Positions 21,188 to 28,894 of a stretch of 32,000 nucleotides of DNA are shown here, in pieces. Position 1 is the first letter of the stretch, and each line of letters starts with the position of its first letter. The notes beneath the pieces are model-generated. The model worked only from the letters and a program-made list of their open reading frames with translations. It had not been told where the DNA came from and searched no databases. The position numbers and the translations under genes were made by a program. The stretch is from Stenotrophomonas maltophilia phage vB_SmaM_Ps15. The stretch is from sequence record OL702939.1. One strand, given 5' to 3'.

Positions 21188-21793
21188 ATGAGCAACGCAA
21201 ACATCGTCCTGACCGCCGCTGGCATCGTCACCCGCATCGCCGAGAAGGAAATCAGCAAGGTCCAGTCGAACCTGTTCCAGCTGCGCAAACGCGCCAACGA
21301 GGCGAACATCGAAGAGAAGAAGGTCCGCGAAGCCATCAACAAGGCACGTGAGATCGCCTTGTCCGCCGGTGTTGACCAGGACGCCCTGGGTGCTTTCGTC
21401 GGCAAGCTGAGCGTTCGTCGCCAACAGGCAGCCGCCAACGCCAAGAGCCTGGCGAACGAGATCCGGACCCAGCGTACGGTGATCAAGCTGCTGGGCGGCA
21501 TCATCGCGGCGAACGCGGAACTGAACCGTGACGTCCGTGCTGAGCAGGCGCGTCGTACCAAGGCAGTCAACGTGGAGCCGGTCAAGGTCATCAACGTCTC
21601 GAAGCCGATGGACGCCGCAACCAAGGAATTCGTGGGTGGCTTCGATAGCGCCGACAGCCTGGCTTGCGATTGCCAGATGTGCCTGGAAAATCGTGAGGAA
21701 GAGCAGGATCTGAGCCAGGATGTCGTCAAGACGATGCTGGATACGATGTTCGGTCCGGGCGCTGGTGACCGCTTCCTGGCCCTGAGCAAGTAA
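21188..21793 (+). CDS. hypothetical protein (201 aa)
   Basis: AAGGAG SD. Confidence 0.65.
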   Translation: MSNANIVLTAAGIVTRIAEKEISKVQSNLFQLRKRANEANIEEKKVREAINKAREIALSAGVDQDALGAFVGKLSVRRQQAAANAKSLANEIRTQRTVIKLLGGIIAANAELNRDVRAEQARRTKAVNVEPVKVINVSKPMDAATKEFVGGFDSADSLACDCQMCLENREEEQDLSQDVVKTMLDTMFGPGAGDRFLALSK

Positions 21794-21796
21794 GCC

Positions 21797-22006
21797 ATGA
21801 AAGCCCGGATCATTCTCGCCTGTGTCCTGGCTTTGTCGCTGACCGGTTGCATGGGTGGAATGATCCGGGCTGACGTTGGAGGTTACGTCGGTCCGGTCTA
21901 CATCCAAACCAGTGTCGAAGCCCCTCTCAACAATGGCTACTACAGCCCCTATTACCAGGAGCCGCCTCGCAATGTCCGCCGTCCTATCCCATACCGACGC
22001 CGCTGA
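21797..22006 (+). CDS. putative lipoprotein (69 aa)
   Basis: Signal peptide MKARIILACVLALSLTGC with lipobox L-T-G-C. Confidence 0.65.
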   Translation: MKARIILACVLALSLTGCMGGMIRADVGGYVGPVYIQTSVEAPLNNGYYSPYYQEPPRNVRRPIPYRRR

Positions 22007-22421
22007 GCTGTTCATCAAGGCACACGCTGTCCGAGATCCGGTCAACCAGATGAAGATCGAACACATCTTTGAGGCGCTGGCAAATGATCTTGATACGCTG
22101 AGTGACCGCAAAGCATCATTCATCACCGATCAGGATACGTTCAAGAAGATGCTTGATGAAGACGGAGACCTCAACTTCCTGCACGACATCAAGAGCGGCT
22201 TGTTCATCTGTGACATATACGCATGGCATCAATCGGTGATGGGAACGTTCGCCGAAGTGATCCTGGGTGCGGTGAAGGTCTTCCCTGGTCAGCATCTGGC
22301 AGACAAGTACATCGAGAAGGGGCTCGGCTGGTTCCGATCCAGCTGCAGCTACAACATCACCATCAGCGGCAACATCGCCGCACCACGCTGGACGGGATTG
22401 GAGTTTGACTATGTCGACTAA
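21972..22421 (+). CDS. hypothetical protein (149 aa)
   Basis: ATG 9 nt after AGGAG; overlaps the lipoprotein gene by 35 nt out of frame. The start is uncertain. Confidence 0.55.
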   Translation: MSAVLSHTDAAELFIKAHAVRDPVNQMKIEHIFEALANDLDTLSDRKASFITDQDTFKKMLDEDGDLNFLHDIKSGLFICDIYAWHQSVMGTFAEVILGAVKVFPGQHLADKYIEKGLGWFRSSCSYNITISGNIAAPRWTGLEFDYVD

Positions 22422-22441
22422 GAAACACTTACTGTATTCGT

Positions 22442-22470
22442 TTGTGTCTGCGTTCTGGATCGCTTATACT
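22442..22470 (+). promoter_or_regulatory. weak sigma70-like promoter (TTGTGT-17-TATACT)
   Basis: Hexamers with 17-nt spacing in the 75-nt gap before GTG 22497. Confidence 0.35.
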
Positions 22471-22496
22471 TTGATTTTCGAGTCGAGGAGAACGGC

Positions 22497-22727
22497 GTGC
22501 AGATAGCATTCGGTCCCACTTGCGATTACAAGACGCTGACCTACTACCCCATCGTGTACATAGATGACTTCGCTCGTAATCTGCATGTGGCTTACATGAA
22601 GGATGGCAGTCGTTGCATGGTCCACCTCGACAAGGCGCATGCGATCACCATTGACTATAAGGGTCAGTTCGTGTCGTACACCCTGGGCGACGACTACACT
22701 CACGCAGTAATTGATTGGTACGGATAA
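22497..22727 (+). CDS. hypothetical protein (76 aa)
   Basis: GTG 6 nt after GAGGAG. Confidence 0.55.
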   Translation: MQIAFGPTCDYKTLTYYPIVYIDDFARNLHVAYMKDGSRCMVHLDKAHAITIDYKGQFVSYTLGDDYTHAVIDWYG

Positions 22728-22735
22728 GGAGCAAC

Positions 22736-23701
22736 ATGAAGTATAACATCACCGCAAAGGTCATTGCAGATTCGGTCTGTCACGTTCGTAAGACCAAGCG
22801 AATCACCACCTTGGAGCTGGAGTATCCACGCTTCATCCACTCGGAGTTCATGACACATCGTCTGTTCTCTCGCAACGCAGCATCGAGCCGTGCGATCCCG
22901 ATTGCCAAGGCAATCCGACTGATCCTGGAGAACACCGCTCGTCCGTATCACTGGGGTCTAAATGAACCTGGCATGTCTGCTTCGGAAGAGTGCCACGAAC
23001 GCGTGACAACTGTATCTCGCGCCGCAAAACTTCCGGCTGCTCTGGAACGTAACGTTGCATGGGACGTCGCTCGTGATGACGCAATCTATCACGCCGAGGC
23101 GTTTGCTCGTGCTGGATACCACAAGCAGATTGTGAATCGGCTCATTGAACCGTTTGCCATGATCAAGGTGGTCGTGACAGCAACGGAGTGGGGTAACTTC
23201 TTCAACCTGCGTTCGCACCCAGATGCACAGCCTGAGATCAAAATCCTGGCTGACGCGATCATCGACGCCATGGCTCTGAGTGATCCGAAGGAGCTTTCCG
23301 AGGAAGGCGACTGGCATGTTCCGTACTACGCTGACGGTTACTGGGTTCCCTACGAGATGGATGCTGCTGGTGATCTGCGAGACATCAACGGACACACCGC
23401 CGAAGAAGCTCTGGCTATCTCATCAAGCTGCTGCGCGCAGGTCAGCTATCGCGTTCTGGACGAATCGCTCGAGAAGGCGGTGGACATCTACAACAAGCTC
23501 GTGACGTCCAAGCCGGTTCACGCTTCGCCGTTTGAACACCAGGCTACGCCGATCATGGAATGGGATAGCAGCCCGAACTACTGGGAAGAAGGTGTCACTC
23601 ACATGGATCGCAAGTACAACCTGTGGTCGGGCAACTTCATGGGCTGGATTCAGCATCGTCAATTGATTCCGGGAAATTACGCGGAAACCGTTGAAGTCTG
23701 A
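22736..23701 (+). CDS. thyX: flavin-dependent thymidylate synthase ThyX-like
   Basis: AAGGAG SD. ThyX signature THRLFSRNAASSR fits RHRxxSxxxxSxR except that the first R is T. 321 aa. Confidence 0.8.
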   Translation: MKYNITAKVIADSVCHVRKTKRITTLELEYPRFIHSEFMTHRLFSRNAASSRAIPIAKAIRLILENTARPYHWGLNEPGMSASEECHERVTTVSRAAKLPAALERNVAWDVARDDAIYHAEAFARAGYHKQIVNRLIEPFAMIKVVVTATEWGNFFNLRSHPDAQPEIKILADAIIDAMALSDPKELSEEGDWHVPYYADGYWVPYEMDAAGDLRDINGHTAEEALAISSSCCAQVSYRVLDESLEKAVDIYNKLVTSKPVHASPFEHQATPIMEWDSSPNYWEEGVTHMDRKYNLWSGNFMGWIQHRQLIPGNYAETVEV

Positions 23702-23719
23702 GTTCAAAGCGTATACAAT
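23691..23719 (+). promoter_or_regulatory. sigma70-like promoter (TTGAAG-17-TACAAT)
   Basis: Overlaps the end of thyX; upstream of ATG 23748. Confidence 0.45.
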
Positions 23720-23747
23720 AAGCAGACACACCAACGAGGAGTTTGTT

Positions 23748-24095
23748 ATGAGCGTCAATCTTGACCAGCTGAAGAAGGAACTGGAATCCGCCGACCGTGC
23801 TCTGGCGGCGCGCAACGATGCTGTCTCGCTGACGGTAAGTGAATACCTGGACGCCAAGGCCCACCTGAAGCAGATCGAAGAGCGCTTCGTTCGTCTGGTC
23901 CTGCATCGCACGGAAGGTGTCCTGGAATACAACCGCCGAGCAAACAAGATCGCAGATGCTCTGTCCGAGGCGACTGGCTTCCAGGTCAGCGTTCCGACCA
24001 AGTACGAACCGCAGTCCACGAACATCCTGGACTACATCGACCCGGAAGAGTCCTGGAGCGCTAGCGATTCCTGGCAGTCATCCGCTGTCTGCTGA
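23748..24095 (+). CDS. hypothetical protein (115 aa)
   Basis: GAGGAG SD. Confidence 0.6.
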   Translation: MSVNLDQLKKELESADRALAARNDAVSLTVSEYLDAKAHLKQIEERFVRLVLHRTEGVLEYNRRANKIADALSEATGFQVSVPTKYEPQSTNILDYIDPEESWSASDSWQSSAVC

Positions 24096-24232
24096 TGTCC
24101 AAGGACAAATCACATAGCTGGTCATTTCGGATCTGCACTTGGCACGTTTGTTCCAAGTGCGGTCTGATCCGACTCAACAACAAAGCAACCAATCAGGCAG
24201 CCAACAAGGCATGCCCTGGAAGGGAGGATTGA
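24095..24232 (+). CDS. small Cys-containing hypothetical protein (45 aa, C-x4-C-x2-C...C)
   Basis: TGATG overlaps at both its start and its stop link it to the flanking genes. Manual translation; below the track cutoff. Confidence 0.5.
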   Translation: MSKDKSHSWSFRICTWHVCSKCGLIRLNNKATNQAANKACPGRED

Positions 24233-24573
24233 TGGAAGACCTGTTTGATCCACCGGCACGTGTCCCGAAAGAACCGCAGCTGTATAACCGCAAGGCGGGC
24301 AGCAAGTATGCTCTGTTCTTTGACGGCACCATCGAGTCGGCTGAAGACATCTGTCGCTGGGTGAACCAGTACTCGGACCCGCTCGATGATCCCCGTGCAT
24401 CGTTCATCCTGTCGGCTCGTGATGCCAAGTATGCGCACAATCTGATTGTGTGGGGTGACGAGCATGATTGTTTTGAGCTCAGCCCGAACACCTGGCTTGT
24501 CCGGACCGAGTCCACGGACGAGTTCTATCCGGCTTCGGACGACAACTTCAGGATGGCATACGATGTCTACTGA
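24232..24573 (+). CDS. hypothetical protein (113 aa)
   Basis: ATG after GGGAGG; TGATG overlap with the small ORF upstream. Confidence 0.55.
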   Translation: MEDLFDPPARVPKEPQLYNRKAGSKYALFFDGTIESAEDICRWVNQYSDPLDDPRASFILSARDAKYAHNLIVWGDEHDCFELSPNTWLVRTESTDEFYPASDDNFRMAYDVY

Positions 24574-24733
24574 TCGCATAAACATCAGCATTGACCGTCT
24601 GGAAGATCTCCTGATCCTCGATCACCTTCCCGAGCACGATGATGACGATGGTCCCGACTACGGCAACATTGGTTGGAACGACTATCGTCGGGAAATGATC
24701 GACGTGATCGCGAGGTTGAGAGACGGTGCCTGA
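24563..24733 (+). CDS. small acidic hypothetical protein (56 aa)
   Basis: In-frame ATG of track ORF 24446..24733; overlaps the upstream gene by 11 nt. Confidence 0.45.
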   Translation: MSTDRINISIDRLEDLLILDHLPEHDDDDGPDYGNIGWNDYRREMIDVIARLRDGA

Positions 24734-25211
24734 TCTATGGGGCGAGGAGCCGATCACTCGCTTTCGTGATGAGTACGGCTTCCTCAGTAACTTCCACCTG
24801 TGCCCTGTGGAATACAGGGGCAAAGTGTTCCCATCCTCAGAGAACGCTTACCAGTGGGCAAAATCCAAGTACATCATCGCGCTTATTGACTTGACGCCTG
24901 ACTTCATCCCGGAGTACCAACGCCTGTTAGACAGGTACATGCTGAACTGTACCCCGGGCGAATCCAAGCGCCAGATGAAAGAAGCTATCCTAGACCCCTT
25001 GTTCCATGAGGAGAAGGATGCGATAATGCATGACGTGGTGACTGCCAAGTTTGGGCAGAACCCGGATTTGCGGAAACTGCTTATCGACACAGGCGATGCT
25101 GCTCTGATTGAGGGCAACGAGTGGGGCGATAAGTACTGGGGACAAGTGGACGGTGTCGGCAAGAACCGTTTGGGAATGATTTTGATGAACGTAAGGAGAA
25201 TCCAGAGATGA
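24726..25211 (+). CDS. NADAR (DUF1768, YbiA-like) domain protein
   Basis: GFLSNFHLCPVEYRGKVFPSSENAYQWAK...GNEWGDKYWG is the typical NADAR pattern. GTG start overlaps the upstream gene. Confidence 0.8.
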   Translation: MPDLWGEEPITRFRDEYGFLSNFHLCPVEYRGKVFPSSENAYQWAKSKYIIALIDLTPDFIPEYQRLLDRYMLNCTPGESKRQMKEAILDPLFHEEKDAIMHDVVTAKFGQNPDLRKLLIDTGDAALIEGNEWGDKYWGQVDGVGKNRLGMILMNVRRIQR

Positions 25212-25873
25212 GTTACAAGCATATCAGCACCAAGAAGTGGGGTCACGAGCGTGGTCTGTCGTGTTGCTTCCGTCAGTGGCGCAGCACGCATTCACATTGC
25301 TCGCTGCTGCATGGGTACGCACTGAGCGTGGAAGTGATGTTCGGCGCGAACGAACTGGACGAGCGCAACTGGGTTGTCGACTTCGGCGGTCTGGACGAGT
25401 TCAAGGTGTGGCTGGAGGACATGTTCGATCACACCACCCTGGTGGCGAAGGACGATCCGCAGTTGCACCTGTATCAGGTCATGAAGGACTCCGGTCTGAT
25501 CGATCTGCGAATCCTGGACAACGTGGGTTGCGAGGCGACCGCGGAGCTGATCTTCAAGAAGGCGGTCGAGCTGTATGAAGACGAGCGCGTGAAGGTTCTG
25601 CAGGTCATCGTCCAGGAACACGATTCCAACGGCGCGCGCTACGTGCGTACTGAGGAGAACGCAAAGCCGACCTGGAAGACCGTGAAGTACAGCGATCTGG
25701 ATGATGTGGAACAGTACATCGGCAAGACCGCTCGAATCTGTCTCGATGAAGGTGCAGACGTTGATGTAGGGACTGTCGTCACGGTTCACGGCGCTGACTA
25801 CTCTGAAGGGATGTGGACCTACTTCCATCTCGGCGGCAAGTGGTATGCAAGCGAGCTGGAAGTGCAAATCTAA
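25208..25873 (+). CDS. 6-pyruvoyl-tetrahydropterin/6-carboxy-tetrahydropterin synthase (QueD/PTPS)-like protein with a C-terminal extension
   Basis: AAGGAG SD, ATGA overlap. HSHCSLLHGYALSVEVMFG...NWVVDFGGL resembles the QueD CxxLHGHxF...G.v.DF core, with Tyr in place of the last His. About 80 extra C-terminal residues. Confidence 0.7.
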   Translation: MSYKHISTKKWGHERGLSCCFRQWRSTHSHCSLLHGYALSVEVMFGANELDERNWVVDFGGLDEFKVWLEDMFDHTTLVAKDDPQLHLYQVMKDSGLIDLRILDNVGCEATAELIFKKAVELYEDERVKVLQVIVQEHDSNGARYVRTEENAKPTWKTVKYSDLDDVEQYIGKTARICLDEGADVDVGTVVTVHGADYSEGMWTYFHLGGKWYASELEVQI

Positions 25874-25902
25874 ACGGCAGCCAAATCAATCAGGAAAAGG
25901 AC

Positions 25903-25931
25903 TTGACCTGCCTTCGGGCAGGTCATATCAT
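25903..25931 (+). promoter_or_regulatory. sigma70-like promoter (TTGACC-17-TATCAT) with a UUCG hairpin in the spacer
   Basis: aaaaggacTTGACC; hairpin gacctgcc-ttcg-ggcaggtc at 25905-25924. Paralogous to 20411. Confidence 0.6.
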
Positions 25932-25974
25932 ATGTGCATGGGGGAAGATTCGCTTCCCTACTTCGGAGAAGAAG

Positions 25975-26313
25975 ATGCACTACACGGTAGACGTCGAACG
26001 TTCGGATATGTCCGCCCCGCGTTACTGGTCTGCTTACAAGCCGGCAAGCACTGAAGAAGATCATAAGTGCAAGAACCGGGACGAGTTACTGATCGAAGCC
26101 TATCGCCAGGTTCTCGATCTGGATCTGGAAGGCAAGTACGATCCCGACTACTTCGGCGCTCATGTGCTCCAGGTCCTGATGGGAGCCGAACGAGACAAGA
26201 AGCGGTTCGGCAAGGAGAACATCACCGAATTCGGCGCCCACGGCATGGACTCGAAGTCCTTCCTGGTCTCCGATACCACCCGGATCAGCGTTGCGGTCTG
26301 GATTCGCGAGTAA
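25975..26313 (+). CDS. hypothetical protein (112 aa)
   Basis: GGAGAAG SD. Confidence 0.6.
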   Translation: MHYTVDVERSDMSAPRYWSAYKPASTEEDHKCKNRDELLIEAYRQVLDLDLEGKYDPDYFGAHVLQVLMGAERDKKRFGKENITEFGAHGMDSKSFLVSDTTRISVAVWIRE

Positions 26314-26318
26314 TCACC

Positions 26319-26344
26319 AAGGCGCCTCCGGGCGCCTTCTTCCA
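26319..26344 (+). terminator. possible terminator hairpin (weak U tract)
   Basis: aaggcgcc-tccg-ggcgcctt followed by cttcc. Confidence 0.4.
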
Positions 26345-26357
26345 TGAGGAGCAAGAC

Positions 26358-26588
26358 ATGGCCAAGCGTAAGATCAAGGACGTCCGTGAGGAGCTGTTCT
26401 CCATCGACTCGGGACTGGAGCATCACGCTATTCGCTACTATCGCCTTGAGAAAGAGGAGAGCGATCAGAAGCCGGTGTTCATCGAAGGTCCGTATGCTGG
26501 TGTTCCGGCAGGGCAGCTCCGTGAGCGTGCCGAGCAGCTGAAGGCGGAATACCCGAACTGGAAGTTCAAGCCACGCCAAAATAGTTGA
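26358..26588 (+). CDS. hypothetical protein (76 aa)
   Basis: GAGGAG SD. Confidence 0.55.
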   Translation: MAKRKIKDVREELFSIDSGLEHHAIRYYRLEKEESDQKPVFIEGPYAGVPAGQLRERAEQLKAEYPNWKFKPRQNS

Positions 26589-26597
26589 AGAAAGTAC

Positions 26598-26626
26598 TTG
26601 ACACAATCATCAAAGTGTCATAGTAT
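26598..26626 (+). promoter_or_regulatory. sigma70-like promoter (TTGACA-17-TAGTAT)
   Basis: Inverted repeat tgacac/gtgtca lies within the -35 and spacer; upstream aaaatagttgaagaaag motif. Confidence 0.6.
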
Positions 26627-26684
26627 ATGACCATAGCGAAGGGGATTGGCCTCGACGCTTGAACCCAACCTTGAGAGATACATC

Positions 26685-26786
26685 ATGAAGAAGTCCAAGA
26701 AGCAGGCCCTGAAGTCCGACAAGAAGCAGCAGATCCGCAACGCTCGCCGCGACAAGCAGCTGGCACGTGCCGTGGGCATCCGCTGA
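26685..26786 (+). CDS. small highly basic peptide (33 aa)
   Basis: Its stop overlaps the next ATG (TGATG). Manual translation: MKKSKKQALKSDKKQQIRNARRDKQLARAVGIR. Confidence 0.4.
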   Translation: MKKSKKQALKSDKKQQIRNARRDKQLARAVGIR

Positions 26787-27097
26787 TGGGACAGTACGCA
26801 CCCGACCCCGCATACCCCAGCATGATTCACTTCAAGCCGGACGACACCGCGAATGAGTTCCACTATCTCGCGGACAATCCGGTCAACCTCCGCGAAGCCA
26901 TCAAGGCGGCGGTGGATCATTTCATGAAGTTCCCGGAGCATCGTGCCACGATCAATGCGAGCTATGACCGCACCCTGATCGAAGCGCGCCTGGAGATCAA
27001 GAGCGAGTACATCCACACCCGCTGCATCTACTACGACTGCTTCGACCCGAGCGACTGGGACAACTACCTCGTGTTCACCCTGGAGACCAAAGAATGA
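26786..27097 (+). CDS. hypothetical protein (103 aa)
   Basis: TGATG overlap start. Confidence 0.65.
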   Translation: MGQYAPDPAYPSMIHFKPDDTANEFHYLADNPVNLREAIKAAVDHFMKFPEHRATINASYDRTLIEARLEIKSEYIHTRCIYYDCFDPSDWDNYLVFTLETKE

Positions 27098-28032
27098 GCA
27101 CCTACATCGAACGCCTGCTCGACGGGCTGGAGCAGAACCTGGACCATCTGCTGAAGGCGCACGCCGAACCGACCTACCTGGGCTTCAGCACCAAAGCCGT
27201 CCTGGCAATCGCCATCGGTATGTCGAAGTACAACGGCAAGATCACCCGCACCGATAGCAGCCGCTTGCTGAACGAGATCAACTTCATCCGCGACCTGGCA
27301 GCCGAAGATCCGTGGACCAAGATCAGCGATGACATCGGGAAGCACTACATCGTCGGTCTGAATGATCAGGTGTATGTGCTCAACTCCGCGGCGTCCTACG
27401 GCATGAGCGGCGTGAAGTTCGAGTTCAGCAACGATAACATCTGGTCGCAGTTCGCGCTGAACAACAACTCGGTCAACTCGGCTATCATCACCGCTCGTGA
27501 TCTGGTCGACTACCATCGCCTGCGCAACGCCATTGCTGGCGCGATATCGTCCATCAACACGCTGAAGATTTATGCCGAGTATCTGGGCATCGAAGACCTG
27601 ACCGATCTGTCGCCGAATCTTTCATGGATCGCAACAGACGCGTCGGGTGAAGTGTTCATCTATTCATCTGTTCCGCGGCTGGTGCTGAAGCAGTCGCCGG
27701 ATTGCTGGCTGATTCGTGACATCTCACGCCGCATTGATGAAGATTTTGTGAAGCTCCACAATGGCGCACATAAGCTGTCCGTCAACTGGATGTCGTCGGT
27801 GGTACACATCAGCGACCTGATCGCCTACATCAAGGACCATCCGAAGAACCCCACCGACCCGGTCAAAGTGGTTGCTGATCTGGTGGACAGCAATCTCGGG
27901 GTGGTACGTGAAGACGCGCTCGCAGCAGAAGCCGATCTGCAGAAGGCATTCGCCCGGATCACCCAGGTCTACAGCGAGACCGGCAACATCCGAGCGGCTC
28001 TCCTGAAATCTCTTGAAGATTTCTTGATCTAA
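27094..28032 (+). CDS. hypothetical protein (312 aa)
   Basis: ATGA overlap start. Confidence 0.7.
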   Translation: MSTYIERLLDGLEQNLDHLLKAHAEPTYLGFSTKAVLAIAIGMSKYNGKITRTDSSRLLNEINFIRDLAAEDPWTKISDDIGKHYIVGLNDQVYVLNSAASYGMSGVKFEFSNDNIWSQFALNNNSVNSAIITARDLVDYHRLRNAIAGAISSINTLKIYAEYLGIEDLTDLSPNLSWIATDASGEVFIYSSVPRLVLKQSPDCWLIRDISRRIDEDFVKLHNGAHKLSVNWMSSVVHISDLIAYIKDHPKNPTDPVKVVADLVDSNLGVVREDALAAEADLQKAFARITQVYSETGNIRAALLKSLEDFLI

Positions 28033-28036
28033 GGGG

Positions 28037-28065
28037 TTGACACTTCCCGTACAGTATGATAGTAT
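28037..28065 (+). promoter_or_regulatory. sigma70-like promoter (TTGACA-17-TAGTAT) inside a 14-bp inverted repeat
   Basis: ggggTTGACA. Arms gacacttcccgtac (28039-28052) and gtacgggaagtgtc (28070-28083) flank the -10. Confidence 0.6.
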
Positions 28066-28103
28066 ATGTGTACGGGAAGTGTCCCGGATAACGAGACCAC
28101 ATC

Positions 28104-28319
28104 ATGATGCGACACAGTGAGTTTGACCGCCGACAGCTCGCCCTGATCAACAAGGCCCAGAAGGTCCGCAAGAAGCAGACCAAGGGTAAGGGTGACACGC
28201 TCTGCCTCGATGTCATGTACCGGACCTACATGGGTAAGGACTGGCTGAAGAAGCACAAGAACCGCAAGAAGCTGATCGATGATCTCACGCTCGATACCTG
28301 GTACTGGGAGGGATTCTGA
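28104..28319 (+). CDS. basic hypothetical protein (71 aa)
   Basis: First ATG after promoter 28037; weak SD. Confidence 0.55.
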   Translation: MMRHSEFDRRQLALINKAQKVRKKQTKGKGDTLCLDVMYRTYMGKDWLKKHKNRKKLIDDLTLDTWYWEGF

Positions 28320-28320
28320 A

Positions 28321-28671
28321 ATGGCAAACATCAACATCCTGCAGAATGAAGCGGTGAAGCACGCCATCATCCACGCATATGTCGAACTGATGACCGAGGA
28401 AGAGCAGGCACGCTGCCAGCCGGGTCACATCATGGACGTCGTGCTGACCATCGACGGCGTGGAGGTCGACTTCACCAAGCTGATCAGCTCGATCTACAAG
28501 CGCTTTGAAGCCGGCGTCCAGAAGGAAGCCCAGGAACTGGCGCTCGAGATGGTCAACGGTGACGAGCGTCTGTCGAGGATCCGTTCGATCCTGGAGAACG
28601 TCGAGTGGCAGATCAAGGACGCAGTCCGTGACGCCTTTGGCGATCAATGGGTTGCATCCGATGCCTGTTAA
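28321..28671 (+). CDS. hypothetical protein (116 aa)
   Basis: ATG 9 nt after GGGAGG. Confidence 0.6.
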   Translation: MANINILQNEAVKHAIIHAYVELMTEEEQARCQPGHIMDVVLTIDGVEVDFTKLISSIYKRFEAGVQKEAQELALEMVNGDERLSRIRSILENVEWQIKDAVRDAFGDQWVASDAC

Positions 28672-28894
28672 GGTCGAGGTCCAAGAGGATCAGCTGATCA
28701 TCGGCGGTTGGACGCTACGCATCGACAATCCAGGTCATGACCTGGCTGTCGTCTCCCACCCGACTCGCGGTGGCGCTCTGATCTGGAAAGAAGGCGTCGT
28801 GGGACGCCTGGTCCCCGAAGAACTCTTCTTCGCTTTCATTCATGACCTGCTGGTGCAGGCAAACATCCTGGAGGATACCAATGAAGCCGTCTGA
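28661..28894 (+). CDS. hypothetical protein (77 aa)
   Basis: In-frame ATG overlapping the upstream gene by 11 nt; weak SD. Confidence 0.5.
   Translation: MPVKVEVQEDQLIIGGWTLRIDNPGHDLAVVSHPTRGGALIWKEGVVGRLVPEELFFAFIHDLLVQANILEDTNEAV

Noticed and set aside
25931-26054. ORF starting at the ATG inside the -10 region of promoter 25903 (track ORF 25845..26054).
   Set aside because: It overlaps the promoter and the better-supported gene 25975..26313, which has a GGAGAAG SD. It has no SD of its own.
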